From Anolis carolinensis (Eukaryota), in assembly GCF_035594765.1 (NCBI RefSeq), contig NC_085842.1, forward strand, positions 162,763,036-162,827,035: a stretch of DNA of 64,000 bases, in the 5' to 3' direction. The position numbers were made by a program, and so were the translations under genes. The notes below the pieces were generated by a model, which saw only the letters and a program-made list of their open reading frames with translations, did no database searches and was not told where the DNA came from. Shown here piece after piece: positions 48,747-62,041 of this stretch. The first letter of the stretch is position 1. Every line of letters begins with the position of its first letter.

Positions 48747-51028
48747 TATGTACATAGTGGGAGGCAACTTCATATTGTCTGTACTATGGCAGAAGAGAAT
48801 GTATGTGTTCATGTCATATGGTTCCAATGAAGTGGAAATACTCACCCCCAAGTGAGATAGAGGATTGTAGGTTAAGAAAACAAAATGATAAGTTTTACTT
48901 GTGTGTTGATTTGCAAAGACAAAATTTAGGACATCCTGACATTGTGTGCCTGTTTGCTGAAAGTAAATCCCATCCTGTTTAACAGAACCTGATCTTAAGG
49001 AAGTGTACGTAAGATTGCAACATTTTATTTAGTGCATGTACACTCTGCCCTTTGGTGGAAAATTCTAAAAGCCTTAGAAAAGTCCTACAAGTCTCACAGA
49101 ATGTCTGTAAGAAGTTAGGGCTCCTTGGCCTATGACAGCGAGTGGGAATTGCCATCTATCCCTCTCCTAATTCAAACTATGCCCCTGTTGCTAGGCTCCT
49201 CTACAGTTTTTCTGAAACGGAAGTGATAGCCACTTAGCCAGTGGAGCCATGCCAAGCACACTGCTGTTTTCTCAGTAAGTGATAAAATGCCTGCCTGCTG
49301 GAACAACTGAATTACATAGCCGAAGGCTGGTAACTTTGCAGTGAAATGGCTGTGATCTTGTATGTTCCTTGATCCCTAACATTTAATTTAGATGGGCAAC
49401 AAAGATATACCCCATTAAGCAAAGAGTCATTGGTGCCAGCTGGCTCACATCACATTGTAAACCAAAAGATCTCCGCTTAAAAAAGACACCTCAGCCCTTG
49501 TTTGGAAGGAGTCCTTATTTGATGGGTTTTTTTCTTTCTTTTGTATGTCATGAAAATGAGATTGTTGCCCATGCCAGTCTCCCGGCCCAAGTCACTGCCA
49601 CTATGTCTTCCCTCACTTCCATCCATCTCTCATCTTTGTACATGAATGTTTAGATTCTTCACATTGCAGTTAAATTGTACCTTTGCTTTATGACTGATAT
49701 GTAGACTGATCGCATTCATGCCCCACTCTACAGGTATCACAAACTCATTGACATAAAGGTTGGGAGAGCCCACAGTCTATCTAGTCCACCCTCTAACATG
49801 CAGAAATGCACAGCTAAGGTACTCCTAAAAGATACTCACCCAACTTCTGTTTAAAGATCTCCAAATGGTCCACTAAGCAAGGCTTTGAATAGAGCTTTCT
49901 CCAGTCTAGTTGAAGGGTTCTTATAAATTAAAAAGTGTTTCCTAAATTTTGGTGCCTTTTAAATGCAAGACAGGTGCTGCTTTTAAATTTATCATCTAAA
50001 ATACATGAGACAAAGAGAACAAAGCAATGTGAAAGCCAAAGGAAAGCAAGAAAACTCTAGTATAAATGCCATAAAGTTGGTAGAGTGGCTTTTTCTCCCC
50101 CAGCTTCTGAAGAATACTTTCAAATATTATATCTCTTGAGTACCACATGCTGTTCCCCAGCTTGTGGGTTTCCTGGAAGCCTATGAATAGTTGCTATTAG
50201 GGAGAAGCAAGAGTGCTGGACTAATGACTAGGAGTGCAAGCCACAATCTAGCTGTCTGACTTAACGTTTCTAATAGTTAAAAAAAAAAGAATTTAAAACA
50301 TGGTCATTTTTAATGCTAAAAAAGATATATATGTAGAATATGCACTCCACTGTAACATTCTCAAAACGAGGAACCATGTTTTCGTCTTGCTTCTGCCACA
50401 CCTTATATATGAATATATAAATAAATGAAAGGTCTATGTGCAAGGCCATCCACCCTCCCACCCCCATATTGCACCCATCTAAGAGGTGGAGTACAGTTGT
50501 TTATCATCAACCATGCAGAAAGATTACATAGATTGTTTTGTAGCATCCTGTAATTAGATTGGAAGAAATCCAGGCTGTTGTTCTGCTAACACCCCTAACC
50601 TTGCATAATTTGCCACAGCATTTTGGGTAGGGTAATGCGATGTTATTAGCATCTGGCCCCAGTGAATTGGAAAAACAATTTGGGCTCCTCTTTTAAATCA
50701 ACTTAATCTGATGCAGGCATGAAGACAGAGATTGATTGATGGGCCATGTCATGGGGTATTTAAATATGAAGTATTGTTATTGTTGAATTTCCTTACAAAG
50801 GGAGGCCATTGCATGAAGTAGAGAGCAAAAGAAAAGAAGGCTATGGAGGAAATTCTGTTGAGTGTGAAAGTTCTTATACTATTATACAGATTTATTTACA
50901 ATAAGCCATCAGTCACAAGCAACAATAATGTATTTAGTCTATTATGGCTCATGTGCTTCCCAGTTCGAATGTTCAGTCACAGTAGCCCGGATTTTGTGTG
51001 ATACGGGTTATGTGACAGGGATGTTTAC

Positions 51029-51586
51029 TAGTGATGTGTGCAGTATTTGTTTCATCTGTTTCATTCGTCTGTTCGTTTAGTATTGTCCATTCGGATGCAC
51101 GAAACAAAAGATGCCATTTTCAGATGAAACAAAAGGCGACACGAAAGACAAAGCTGCATGGTCACTGTGCTTGTTTTCGTTTTCCTTTCGTTTTCGGCTG
51201 TGTAACAATAAGCAGGTACTGACAGAGGGCTGCTTTCCCATTAAAGCTGATGTGTGCCAATGGGTGTTAATATTATCAATAACAATAGTAATCTAGGGAA
51301 GACCCAACTATTTAAAAAGTTGGTGGGCTAAAAGGGGTCAAAATGCCCTCCACATGTGGCGATTTTCACCCCCCCCCCCCAGCCCAAAAACTGAGAGGGG
51401 GGTTGAGCCTCAGAAGCCCTCCCATTGCCGCTAATGGTCTGAAAATGTTCGTTTTTTCGTAAGCGAGATGAAAATTATTTTCGTACAGGCGCTCCACATT
51501 CAGAAATGAGGTCAAATACAAAACTGATCCAAAATTAATGAAACTAAACAAAATGAACAGCGATTCCATGCAAATGCACACCACTA
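51029..51586. mobile_element. hAT-like non-autonomous element
   Basis: Ends tagtgatgtg / cacaccacta; near-TSD atgtttac/atgttcac; subterminal ttcgt/acgaa motifs. Confidence 0.7.
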
Positions 51587-51807
51587 ATGTTCACATATGA
51601 AGAGACTGAATTATTGAAGATTGCAGGGGCAGAAGAGTAATTAAGAGCTGAGTAATTATGAGCTCTCCTCAATATTTCTCTGAACACACCCTTTTCCTTC
51701 TTTGCCTTTCATGCCTGTAGGGTGGAATACAGGACCTGTTGCCCTCCAGATGTTGCAGAATTGTAGTACTGGCAGGTCTGATGGAAGACCAAATCCAACA
51801 TCTAGAG

Positions 51808-51941
51808 CAGTGATTCTCAACCTGTAGATCGCCAGATGTTTTGGCCTTCAATTCCCAAAAATCTAACAGCTGGTAAACAGGCTGGGATTTCAGAGAGTTG
51901 TAGGCCAAAACACATGGGGACCCACAGGTTGAGAACCACTG
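51808..51941. mobile_element. hAT-type MITE
   Basis: Family TIRs; near-TSD atctagag/ctctagag. Confidence 0.88.
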
Positions 51942-52306
51942 CTCTAGAGGACCATAAACTCTCCCTCCCAGTTTGGTGGAGTAACACACTTCGTAAGGGG
52001 CACTATTCAGTTGAGAGTGAAAGCTGCCCACCACTCCTGGATTGTGTGTGACACTGTCCACCAGCTGTACACATCTATGGAATAGACCCTATGAAAACTC
52101 TCTGCACATGACTTAACCATCATCAAAACACCCATTGCATGACCAGCACAGCAGAATGCACTAGCCCTCACCTATATTTGATTTTCCAACCTGAGACTAT
52201 TCTTCCAGCATGAAATAAGCACAGCATCCACTTCTGTATCCCTGATTAACAAGCCAAATCCTTGTTCACTCAACAATATTTTCTCTGGTTATGTTTATTA
52301 CAACAG

Positions 52307-52385
52307 GCCAAAGGATGCCATCAGAGCTTTAAGGAAAAAGCTGTCCAAAAACTGCAATCATGTTGAGATCCGTCTTACCCTGTCG
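52307..52385 (+). CDS. TOM1L1: TOM1L1 coding exon 3 (PKDAIRALRKKLSKNCNHVEIRLTLS), VHS domain
   Basis: Acceptor ttacaacag|, donor |gtaagt; 79 nt; in frame with exon 2 (GG+G); GPKDA..AL.K VHS motif. Confidence 0.96.
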
Positions 52386-52632
52386 GTAAGTACAATACTC
52401 TTGCCTCTTATAATGAGATTGTGCCGTGCTGGTGCCTAGGATTTGCCTTTGTTGCTCTAGGCAGGTCTTATATGAGCAGAAATGTCTCTAGCATTTTTCT
52501 GACATAACAGAGATGACTTTTATGGGGCTGAGACTGCCTTTTCTGAGCCATACCTAGGGAAATGCCATCTGGATCTTTGCTACTCTGAAAGACAGGTGAA
52601 GGCTGTTTTTCTTAGTGGGAATAGCCCAAGTT

Positions 52633-52881
52633 TTTTTTTTAATCGTGTCAGAAGCTAACATACTGCAAGTCACTTCTGGTGTGAGAGGATCGGCCATCTA
52701 CAAAGACGTTGCCCAGGGGACGCCTGGATGTGTTACCATCCTGCTGGGATACTTCACTTGTGTCCCCGCAAGGGAAGCTAGGGCTGACTTATGGGAGCTC
52801 ACCCCGTCTCGTGGATTCGGGCCTCCAACCTTCAGGTCAGCAGTTCAGCCGGCAAAGGGGTTTAACCCATTGTGCCACCGC
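52633..52881 (-). mobile_element. Anolis SINE2-like SINE
   Basis: Poly-T at left, reverse family body, TSD agcccaagt. Confidence 0.85.
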
Positions 52882-54540
52882 AGCCCAAGTATTATCCATA
52901 GATTTCTGCTTTCTATCTGTCAGGGCAGGCAGGAAATGCTGAACCCAAAAAGTGATAAAATAAGGGATTTTCACTATACAGGTATACAAAATGTCAGATG
53001 AATCTCCTTTTTATAAATGCCTTTTCTGCCCATCCTGTTCCCACATTTTCCGGTTTATCTGTTGTCCTGCTGGAAAGTTTTTTAGCTACCTTGACTCTGG
53101 AAGGATGGTGAAAAAGGTTGGAATAACACATACTTTCAATGTGAGGTTGTGGCAGTGTAGTTGCAGTAAGCAATGCAATCACAAAGCTTAAGGTTGTCCT
53201 TGAATACATTTTGGACAGTCTTCAAGTGAGTTTTAAAAAAGGTCAAAACATTTTGTTTCCTTCTTCCAGGCTTTCCTGATTTGTTTGTTTCATGTGCATA
53301 TTGGTAGTTTTGAGCGAACCACTTGCTGAAACTTGAACTGCTCTTCCTTTTTGTGGTATAGGAACCTGTCCCTATTCAATCTGTGTTGCTCTTGTCTGTG
53401 GTACCACATTGTCTGGTAAAGAATTAAAGCCCAGAAACACACCTATTTTGTTAACTGTTATAGACCTGTACCATACTGTTGGGAGGCAAAACAGTTTGCT
53501 TTCAGCTTTTCATTTAGATACTGTCAGAAATTACTGTACATTTGTCATTAATTCTAGGAAATGAGTGATTCATTACTGCAAACTGGGTGTGGCAGTTTGG
53601 AGTCCTAGACGGATATTCGGAATCAATACCTTTCAAATTACACATTGGCTGTAGAAGGAGCAATGTCTTCTGAATGACATGAAAAATGCTTATTTTTTTT
53701 ACTACTGTGGCATTGACATAACCTATAATGTGGCATTTGGCTTCCTTCTTAGAAAATTGCCTCTCCTTCTCCCTTTCCAAGTTAAGCACAGAGGGTTAAA
53801 AACTAGCTTGGAAGGAAAATAGTGATATCATATTTAAGGCATTGTTGCTTTACCACAGACATTTTCTTTCTTAATGCTCCACAGACTTCCGCAATAGCAG
53901 TTCATGCCAAGATGTGGTATTAACTCTAGTATTATTCTTAAGAAAAGATTTCAGTTGGGACAAATATTCTTCATTGTGCACATACACATTGACAACTCCG
54001 AATCAAATGCAATTAAATATTTGGTCTTATATCTATTCCTACAAATGGGAGTGAGAAGTGGGGGTTAGGTTGTATTCAGTGAGCCTTACGTCTGCATAAG
54101 CACTCATAGGACATTGCTTTAAAATCTGGAATGTACAGTGGAAGAAAAAGTCTTAATTAAATCATTTCTAGCATATCTTTCTTATGGCAAGAAGTGACTC
54201 ACTAGAAAAGACACAAAATGCTTTGAAAAGTGAAAGGCTGTAGAAAAAAGAAAAAGGCCCATATTACAGATTTAATCAGGGAAGCCAGTCTGGGTTTTGC
54301 AAGACCTGAGCAGGATAGTTGATAACAGGGTGACTTGCAGATCTCTCATTTGTGTGATTGTCATAAGCTGACTTGACAGCAAGCAACAGTGTGTCCTGTC
54401 TTTTTACTAAATTGAAGGAGGCAAAATTAGAATTTCTAGACAGTAATTTTGGGGACTGGACTTTCTCAGCCAATGTATCTAGGACTTCTAGTCTCCTGAG
54501 TTCTGGACAAAATGGGGAAAAGACAATGCTGTATTGTATT

Positions 54541-54869
54541 AGGTAAAGGTAAAGGGTTTTCCCTGACATTAAGTCTCGTCGTGTCCAACTCTGGGGGTTG
54601 GTGTTCATCTCCATTTCTAAGATGAAGAGTTAGCATTGTCCTTAGATACTTCCAAGGTCATGTGGCCAGCATGACTGCATGGAGCGCCGTTACCTTCCCA
54701 CCAGAGCGATACCTATTGATCTACTCCATTTGCATGTTTTCAAACTGCTAAGTTGGCAGACGCTGGAGCTAACAGCAGGAGCTCACCCTGCTCCCTGGAT
54801 TCGAATTCACTGTCTTTTCTGTCAGCAAGTTTATCAGCTCAGCGGTTTAACCCACTGCACCACCAGGGT
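54541..54869 (-). mobile_element. Sauria SINE
   Basis: (aggtaa)n tail, core cctattgatctac. Confidence 0.9.
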
Positions 54870-55015
54870 CACCACCATACTGTACTGGGAAATGTTACAT
54901 TCATATCTTATTAGTTCAAGAAAGCATGAAAATACTATTGTTGATTTTCATCAGCCAGTGTTAACATGCTGGGTGCAGGCTTCACATTTATGTGGATCTC
55001 TTTGTCTGGCTCGAT

Positions 55016-55150
55016 CAGTGGTTCTCAACCTGTGGATCCCCAGTTATTTTGGCCTGCAACTCCCAGAAATCCCAGTCAGTTTACCAGCTGTTAGGATTTC
55101 TGGGAGTTGAAGGCCAAAACATCTGGGGATCCATAGATTGAGAACCACTG
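55016..55150. mobile_element. hAT-type MITE
   Basis: Family TIRs. Confidence 0.87.
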
Positions 55151-55979
55151 GGCTGGATGCTCAAGTGAAACTTAAAAAAGAAAGAAAGAAAATATGTTTC
55201 CAAAACAAGGTCATTATATTCTTCTAGCTGTAATCATATCTGTAGTCCCATGTTGAAGAAAAACAAGTTAGGGCAGAGATGTAATTAGATTGGGATTAAA
55301 CCAAGGCTTCATAAATGTGACCGTGCAGAATATTGTTTGCTGCTATTGTGTTCACCCCAGTTTTTTCTCTTAAAGGACAGCTCAAGAGCAGGGATTGTTT
55401 TACCTTTTTTGAAAAAGCAGAAAGAAAATGATTGGTAAAATATAATGCTCATCCCTGACCTGCTCCTAAAGACTAAGGGACTTTCCAGATAAAACTTTTG
55501 GAGCACAAGGTAAAGGAACCCACAGAGAGTAATACTGGGTAAGATCACAGAAGATTGGGTGAAGGATTTCAAACATAGAGCCCTCTGTTAACTAGTATAA
55601 CAGGACTATGGATTGGATAGCTGTATGGAACAAGTGGTGTGGAAAGAATGCCTAGAGGACAATTGTTTTCTTTTCAAATTTAAGAATTAAAATTGTTTCT
55701 TGAAACTGATGGTTTTTATGATAAGCTAAAAAGGGAATGTCATTACAAAATTGGTCATTAACTCGTGTCATCTAGCGTGATGTCCAGGAAGTTGCGATAC
55801 TTAGCATACAGCTTATAAAGGATTAGCTAAATATTTTGGACTGTAAGACAATTGGTAGATGCAAGAGGATGGTGGCAATTTGCAAGCCGCCTGCCTGTGG
55901 ACAAATAATAGAAGATGTCTGTTGCTATCAGTGTTGATCATGAACTCCTGGACTTTAAAAGAGAATGTTTGATTAAGAT

Positions 55980-56115
55980 CATTGGTTCCTCAACCTGTGG
56001 GTCCCAAGATGTTTTGGCTTTCAACTCCCAGAAATCCTAACAGCTGGTAAACTGGCTGGGATTTCTGGGAGTTGTAGGCCAAAACACCTGGGGACTCACA
56101 GGTTGTGAACCACTG
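55980..56115. mobile_element. hAT-type MITE
   Basis: Family TIRs; near-TSD attaagat/gtttagat. Confidence 0.85.
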
Positions 56116-56646
56116 GTTTAGATAGACTTTTGTCCTCCTAACCCAGTATGTCTCAAGCTAACCAATGAGCAGGACTACTAGTGGTTTCCCCCCGGTATAT
56201 CACAAGCTGTGCCCATTGGCTATAGTTGTTTCATTCTTTTCTGGAATCATGGCAGGAACCAGCAAGCAATGGCATATAAAGCAGGACTGCACAACTTGCG
56301 ACCCTCCAGCTGCCTTGGTCTCCAGCTCCCAGAATTCCTGGCCATTGAACAAGCTGGCCAGGGTTTCTGGGAGGTGGAGGTCAAAACAGCTGGAGGGGTA
56401 CAGGTTGTGCAGGCCTGTCGTAGAGACTGTCACCAGTCCACAGACCATGACTTCTGTGTATCAGTACTCACGTATTATTCCAAAGCTCTAACATAGGGCA
56501 GTGCTATCAAATTTGGGTTGGAATTTTGAGTGTATTGTGGGCTGGGCACTGAATTGACTAAATTTGGTCTTCTAGATGTTTGGAGAGTACAACTCCAAAC
56601 AACTGTCGGGATTAGCTGTGTTATCAAGAACTGATAGGAGTTAAAG

Positions 56647-57378
56647 CAGGGGTCCCCAAACTAAGGCCCGGGGGCCGGATGCGGCCCTCCAAGGTCATTT
56701 ACCTGGCCCTCGCCCTCAGTTTTATAATATAATATATTGTATATACATATAATATTGATAATAATATTATAATGTAATACAATATAACACTAATAGTATT
56801 ACCATATAATAATATTAATTATATATTCTATATTACATATAATATTACTAATAATATTACAGTATAGTGGTATAGTTCAATATAGTAATATATAATGCTA
56901 ATATTGTGCTATGCTAATAATATAATATATTGTATGTACATATAATTTGTAAGCCACTCTGAGTCCCCTTCGGGGTGAGAAGGGTGTGATACAAATGTAG
57001 TAAATTAATGCAGTAAATAAATAAATAATAAATAAATACATTTTAGGCTTAGGCTCGCCCAAAGTCTCAAATGACTTGAAGGCACACAACAACAACAACA
57101 ACAATCCTAATTAACTTGACTATCTCATTGGCCAGAAGCAGGAGCACACTTCCCATTGAAATCCTGATAAATGTATGTTGGTTAAAATTGTTTTTATTTT
57201 TAAATATTGCATTGTTCTTTCGTTGTTCTTGTTGTTGTTGTTTTTGCACTACAAATAAGACATGTGCAGTGTGCATCGGAATTTGTTTGTATTTTTTTTT
57301 TTCAAATGATAATCTGGCCCCGCAACAGTCTGAAGGATTGTGGACCGGCCCTCGGCTTAAAAAGTTTGAGGACCCCTG
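56647..57378. mobile_element. hAT non-autonomous element with captured retroelement tails
   Basis: TIR caggggtccccaaact / agtttgaggacccctg; perfect 8-bp TSD agttaaag. Confidence 0.92.
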
Positions 57379-57817
57379 AGTTAAAGTCTATCAACATCCT
57401 AGTCTTGATTTAAATGTATGCGATTCCATCTGTCCTTGTTTTGTTTATCACTGGCATATCAGTAGATAGTGGCAAAGCTGACTTGACAGTTCTTTAATTG
57501 CATACAGTCACCCCACTGATCATAGCTTTATGCATCTGTATGGAATTTGTGCTATTTGTTTTTCAGTAGTATTGTTACACTAAGCTAGGAAGTAATTAGG
57601 GTGAACAGGTGATTGGCAACATTGTGTTGTGAGTTCACCTACACAAATATGAAATATTCAAGGTTTGGATGCTGCTTAAGATTTGGATCAGTTTTTCCAG
57701 AAGTAGTAGTAGTTGTTATTGCTTTGTACCTTCAAATCTTTTCTGACTTGCAGAAACCCTAATAGGATGAACTTATCATGGGGTTTCTCTATTAGTGAGC
57801 ATTCTTGTCCTCTTCTA

Positions 57818-58156
57818 AAGGTAAAGGTAAAGGTAAAGGTTTTCCCCTGACGTTAAGTCCAGTCGTGACCGACTCTGAGAGTTGATGCTCATCTCCATTT
57901 CTAAGCCGAAGAGCCAGCGTTGTCCATAGACACCTCCAAGGTCATGTTGCTGGTATGACTGCATGGAGCGCCGTTACCTTCCCGCCAGAGCGGTACCTAT
58001 TGATCTACTCACATTTGCATGTTTTCGAACTGCTAGGTTGGCAGAAGCTGGGGCTAACAGCGGGTGCTCATTCTGCTCCCGGGATTTGACTCTGGGACCT
58101 TTTGGTCCGCAAGTTCAGCAGCTCAGCGCTTTAACACACTGTGCCACCAAGGGCCC
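57818..58156 (-). mobile_element. Sauria SINE
   Basis: (aaaggt)n tail, complete body. Confidence 0.92.
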
Positions 58157-58159
58157 CTT

Positions 58160-58975
58160 CTATTATTTATTTATTTGCCACAGTTGTACCCCCTCTCTTC
58201 TCAACCCTGCACATAAGCAAATCTGCTTCACATATCAGCAACAATTTGATACCTTAAAAACATACAATTGATAAAAGCATATTAAAACAAGAATTAAAAC
58301 AAATAAAAATAGTTATTCTCCAAAAGCTTGGTTCCATAGCCATGTTTTAACTTTCTTCCTGAAAGCTAAAAGGGAAGGGGCTGATCAAATGTCTCTAGGG
58401 AGGGAGTTCCATAGCCGAGGGGCCACCACGGAGAAGGCCCTGTCTCTCATCCTCACCAGCCGCACCTGCGAAGGAGGTGGGACCGAGAGCAGGGCCTTCC
58501 CAGATCTTAATCTATGCGGTGGTTCATAGAGAGAGATACATTCGGACAGGTAAGCTGGGTCAGAACCATTTAGGCTTTATAGGCCAAAGCCAGCACTTTC
58601 AGTTGTTCTCAGTAGCAGACTGGCAGTCAGTGGAGCTGACGTAACAAGGGAGTTGTATGCTACTTGCCCCGGTGAGTAACCTGGCTTCCGGCCATTAGAC
58701 CATTTGGAGCTTCCGAACAGTCTTCAACCTCACATTGAGCGTGTTGCAGTAATGTTTGGGATGTAACAAGAGTGTGGACTACTGTGGCCAAGTGAGACTT
58801 CCCAAGGTATGGGCGCAACTGGCGCACAAGTTTTAATTGTGCGAAAGCTCCCCTGGCCACCGCTAAGACCTGGGGTTCAGGCTCAGCAATGAATCCACGA
58901 GAACTCCTAAGCTGCAAACCTGTGACTTCAGGGGGGTGTAACCTCATCCAGCACAGGCTGTAACCCTATGCTCTT
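58160..58975 (-). mobile_element. L2 LINE 3' fragment
   Basis: ORF 58660-58947 AVARGAFAQLKLVRQLRPYL..LATVVHTLVTS; downstream RAFSVVAPRLWNSLP; (taaa) tail at ~58165. Confidence 0.88.
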
Positions 58976-60364
58976 TTGGCCTTACGACTGGCCAGGAGTA
59001 CCTGTGAACTTCTGTGAACTACAAGCGCTGTAATGTTTTTTATCAACATTGGCAGATACGTTCTCAGTCTGCTGAAGAGACACACATCATCTGTAACTTG
59101 GCAAGCACTGAGATCTTATTTTCATCTGATGATAAAAGTATGGGTAATTTCTGTTCAACAATTTTTGTTCGTTGATTGCTGATGTCTCCAGATAGTGGGG
59201 GATGCTACAAGACTATGGACTTTGCCATCAGGGCAGTCGGAGGGGGGGGGGTCACAAGCAATGGTGGTCATTGGGTTAAGCCCTCCATTTGTCATTGGAC
59301 GACAGCCCTCACAATTCCCAACCATTAACCATAACATCTAGTGTTGTGGAGTCCAATAACATCTGAAACGCTCAAGGTTTTTTCTGTTTAATTCAATTAT
59401 TCATCATTCTGTATATCCTGAAAGGCTTACAGATAAAAATGCTATCAATTTATCTATAAGACAGACAAGATCAGGAAGGCTAATTCTATTCCAAATGCTA
59501 GAATTCATGTTCTTACTCACACACCCATGGAGCATCAAGTAGACATATATACAGGATGTGTCTGTTTGCTCTCTGGGACTGTAGAAGATTTGTTGTGTCT
59601 TCTCTATTTGAGTTGCCTCTTCAAATCATATGTTGTTGGATTGCAACTCTTGAGTATTTCTTAGTATTGGCTATGCTGAATATGACTGATGGGAATTGCA
59701 ATTCAGCAACGTCTAGAGGTTTGCATGCTTTATACGTGTAATTTCAGACAGTGCTGATCTTAGTTGATTTCATGATATGTGCATGAAATTGTTCATCGTG
59801 TGTTCTGTGTTACTTCCAATAGTATGTTGGGCAAGATTATTATTGGCAGTGGTGAATAGATTTGTACTCGTCTTCAGGCATCCGTGAGGTTGCTCTTCCA
59901 TTACTCCCTGGTTTAGGGATCCAACTAAGATTTCCCTGAATATATCAAGCACACTTCTTCAGTGTCCCACCCTCTTATTCTTAGTAACTCTGAGTCACAA
60001 TTCCATATTTTTTAAGCACTTAGTTAATATACATGTTTGCATAGCAGAAACCTGTTCCTGCTTCCGCCTGGCACAGTGCCTCTATTCCTAGTTGGCCTTT
60101 GCTCTGTTTACCTTTCCTGTGTGCTTCTATTAATCAGAGGACCTTTGATAGTTGGTCTCAGTGACTTCAGGTGTTTATATCAAAGAACTGATAATGTCAA
60201 TGAAACTACGGGTTCTCCATTGTGCAATGTTTAGGGAAGGATAGGCACCATATATAGTTTCCTATTATAGGAATTGTGGGGCTTGATAACAGAACACACA
60301 TACTGGCTTCTGTTAGATAATGGCAGAGAATAAAAGCATCTTGCCTAAAACAATTAGAAGATTT

Positions 60365-60507
60365 GGGTTATTGTATGTTTTCCGGGCTGTACAGCCATGT
60401 TCCAGAAGTATTCTCTCCTGACGTTTCGCCCACATCTATGGCAGGCATCCTCAGAGGTTGTGAGGTATGGAGAAACTAAGCAAGGAAGGTTTATATATCT
60501 GTGGAAG
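60365..60507 (-). mobile_element. Penelope terminal fragment
   Basis: Nearly identical to 37760-37895. Confidence 0.88.
60413..60464 (-). ncRNA. Minimal type I hammerhead ribozyme motif, intact core
   Basis: Identical to 37809-37860; antisense to TOM1L1 intron 3. Confidence 0.75.
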
Positions 60508-61910
60508 ATTTCCTTCTTTTGCCCTACTTATCTCTGAAGGGTAAAGAGTCAAAACTAGGGTACAGGATATGATTTTGTATTTACCCTGTCTAGAATTGAG
60601 GAAAATAGTATGCCTAGGTGAATGAGTCAAGAGGATACACTATGGGAAGCCCAAAAAGAAGATATAAAGTTGCTGAAGGATAATTAGAAACCAATGAAAA
60701 AGCAGAAGTCTTTACTTGTTGATTTCAGGTTGCCGAAAGAGTGTTCCAGACTGACCTAGATAGTCTTCCAACTGTCCTGATTTGGCAGGGACAGTCCCAA
60801 TTAATCCTGTGTAGTCTCACTTTTCACCTACTTTTAAAATATCTCCTAGTTTTTTCCTCCTTCTCTTTTTGTCCTCAGATTACTGCAGTTGCTGAAAACA
60901 AAGTTCAAACTGCAAAAGTAGTAATTGTGCAATAATTTAAAAGGAAACATGTACTTTGGGCCCTCGACATCTGCTGTAGTTTGCTTCCAGGCTTTTGTGG
61001 ATATCAAAATCCATGCATCTGCAGTGGTGTATATCCACAGATTATAAAAAATGGAAAACAACTCAAACATGTGCAATAAACAACTCAAACATTTTGAATG
61101 TGATTTTCCTGCTTCTTGACAGGGGGTTGGAATGGATGGCCCACAAGGTCTCTTTCATCTGATTCTATGATTCAAGCATGAGCATGAGGATCCGTCAAAT
61201 GGCAGGAGGGTACAGCAGGGAATACTTACATATCAGTATGTGACAAAACTCATGATTTTTGGGGGGGAATCCCCCCCCCAAGTATGTTTGAGCCATGATT
61301 AGGTGAATCTATGATACTAGACTTGTAAGAAGACTTGTAATTAGATAGATTGCTTCCACTCTAACTTCTTAGATATGGTCTTCATTATTTTCTGTGAGCA
61401 AGCAGTTGAAGACTGGTATATGGCATAGGTTCTGTATCTCAAAAAATATAGCTGATAGGGGAAAACTGGTGCCATTTTAGGAATTAGCAGGTCATATATA
61501 CCAAAAAACATTTGAGGCACCAAAATGTGTGTTGTCCAGTGAATTGACCTGTCAATCCGAAAATGCTAAAGGTGGATTTTGCAACTGAAGAATTTTTTTG
61601 AAAGACTGGAAATCATTTAAGGACTTTTTGGTTATTAAAAAAATCTAACAATTCAATAATCTGTGGTGATGTTTACTAGTCATCCTAGTACGGTTATTTA
61701 GTTGGATCTGTAGTAATGGAATACTCCCTGCCACTCTTTATTACAGTTTGAATATGCGGAGTCAGAACCTGCTTGTGTTTCAATCAGTTTGTGTTAAATG
61801 TTTTATTTAATTAGTGTTCAGTATTTTAGTTTAGTATTTCAATATTGTATTGTTGTAGTTTTAGTCATGCAATCAGCCCACTTCTTCCACAGCTTCCATT
61901 CCCAGAGATT

Positions 61911-62041
61911 NNNNNNNNNNNNNNNNNNNNNNNNNNNNNNNNNNNNNNNNNNNNNNNNNNNNNNNNNNNNNNNNNNNNNNNNNNNNNNNNNNNNNNNNNN
62001 NNNNNNNNNNNNNNNNNNNNNNNNNNNNNNNNNNNNNNNNN
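61911..62041. other. Assembly gap (131 N)
   Basis: Run of n. Confidence 1.

Noticed and set aside
59771-59792. HDMCMKL as possible TOM1L1 exon 4
   Set aside because: Lacks the expected NCG motif and a suitable acceptor; exon 4 is probably beyond the window or missing from the assembly
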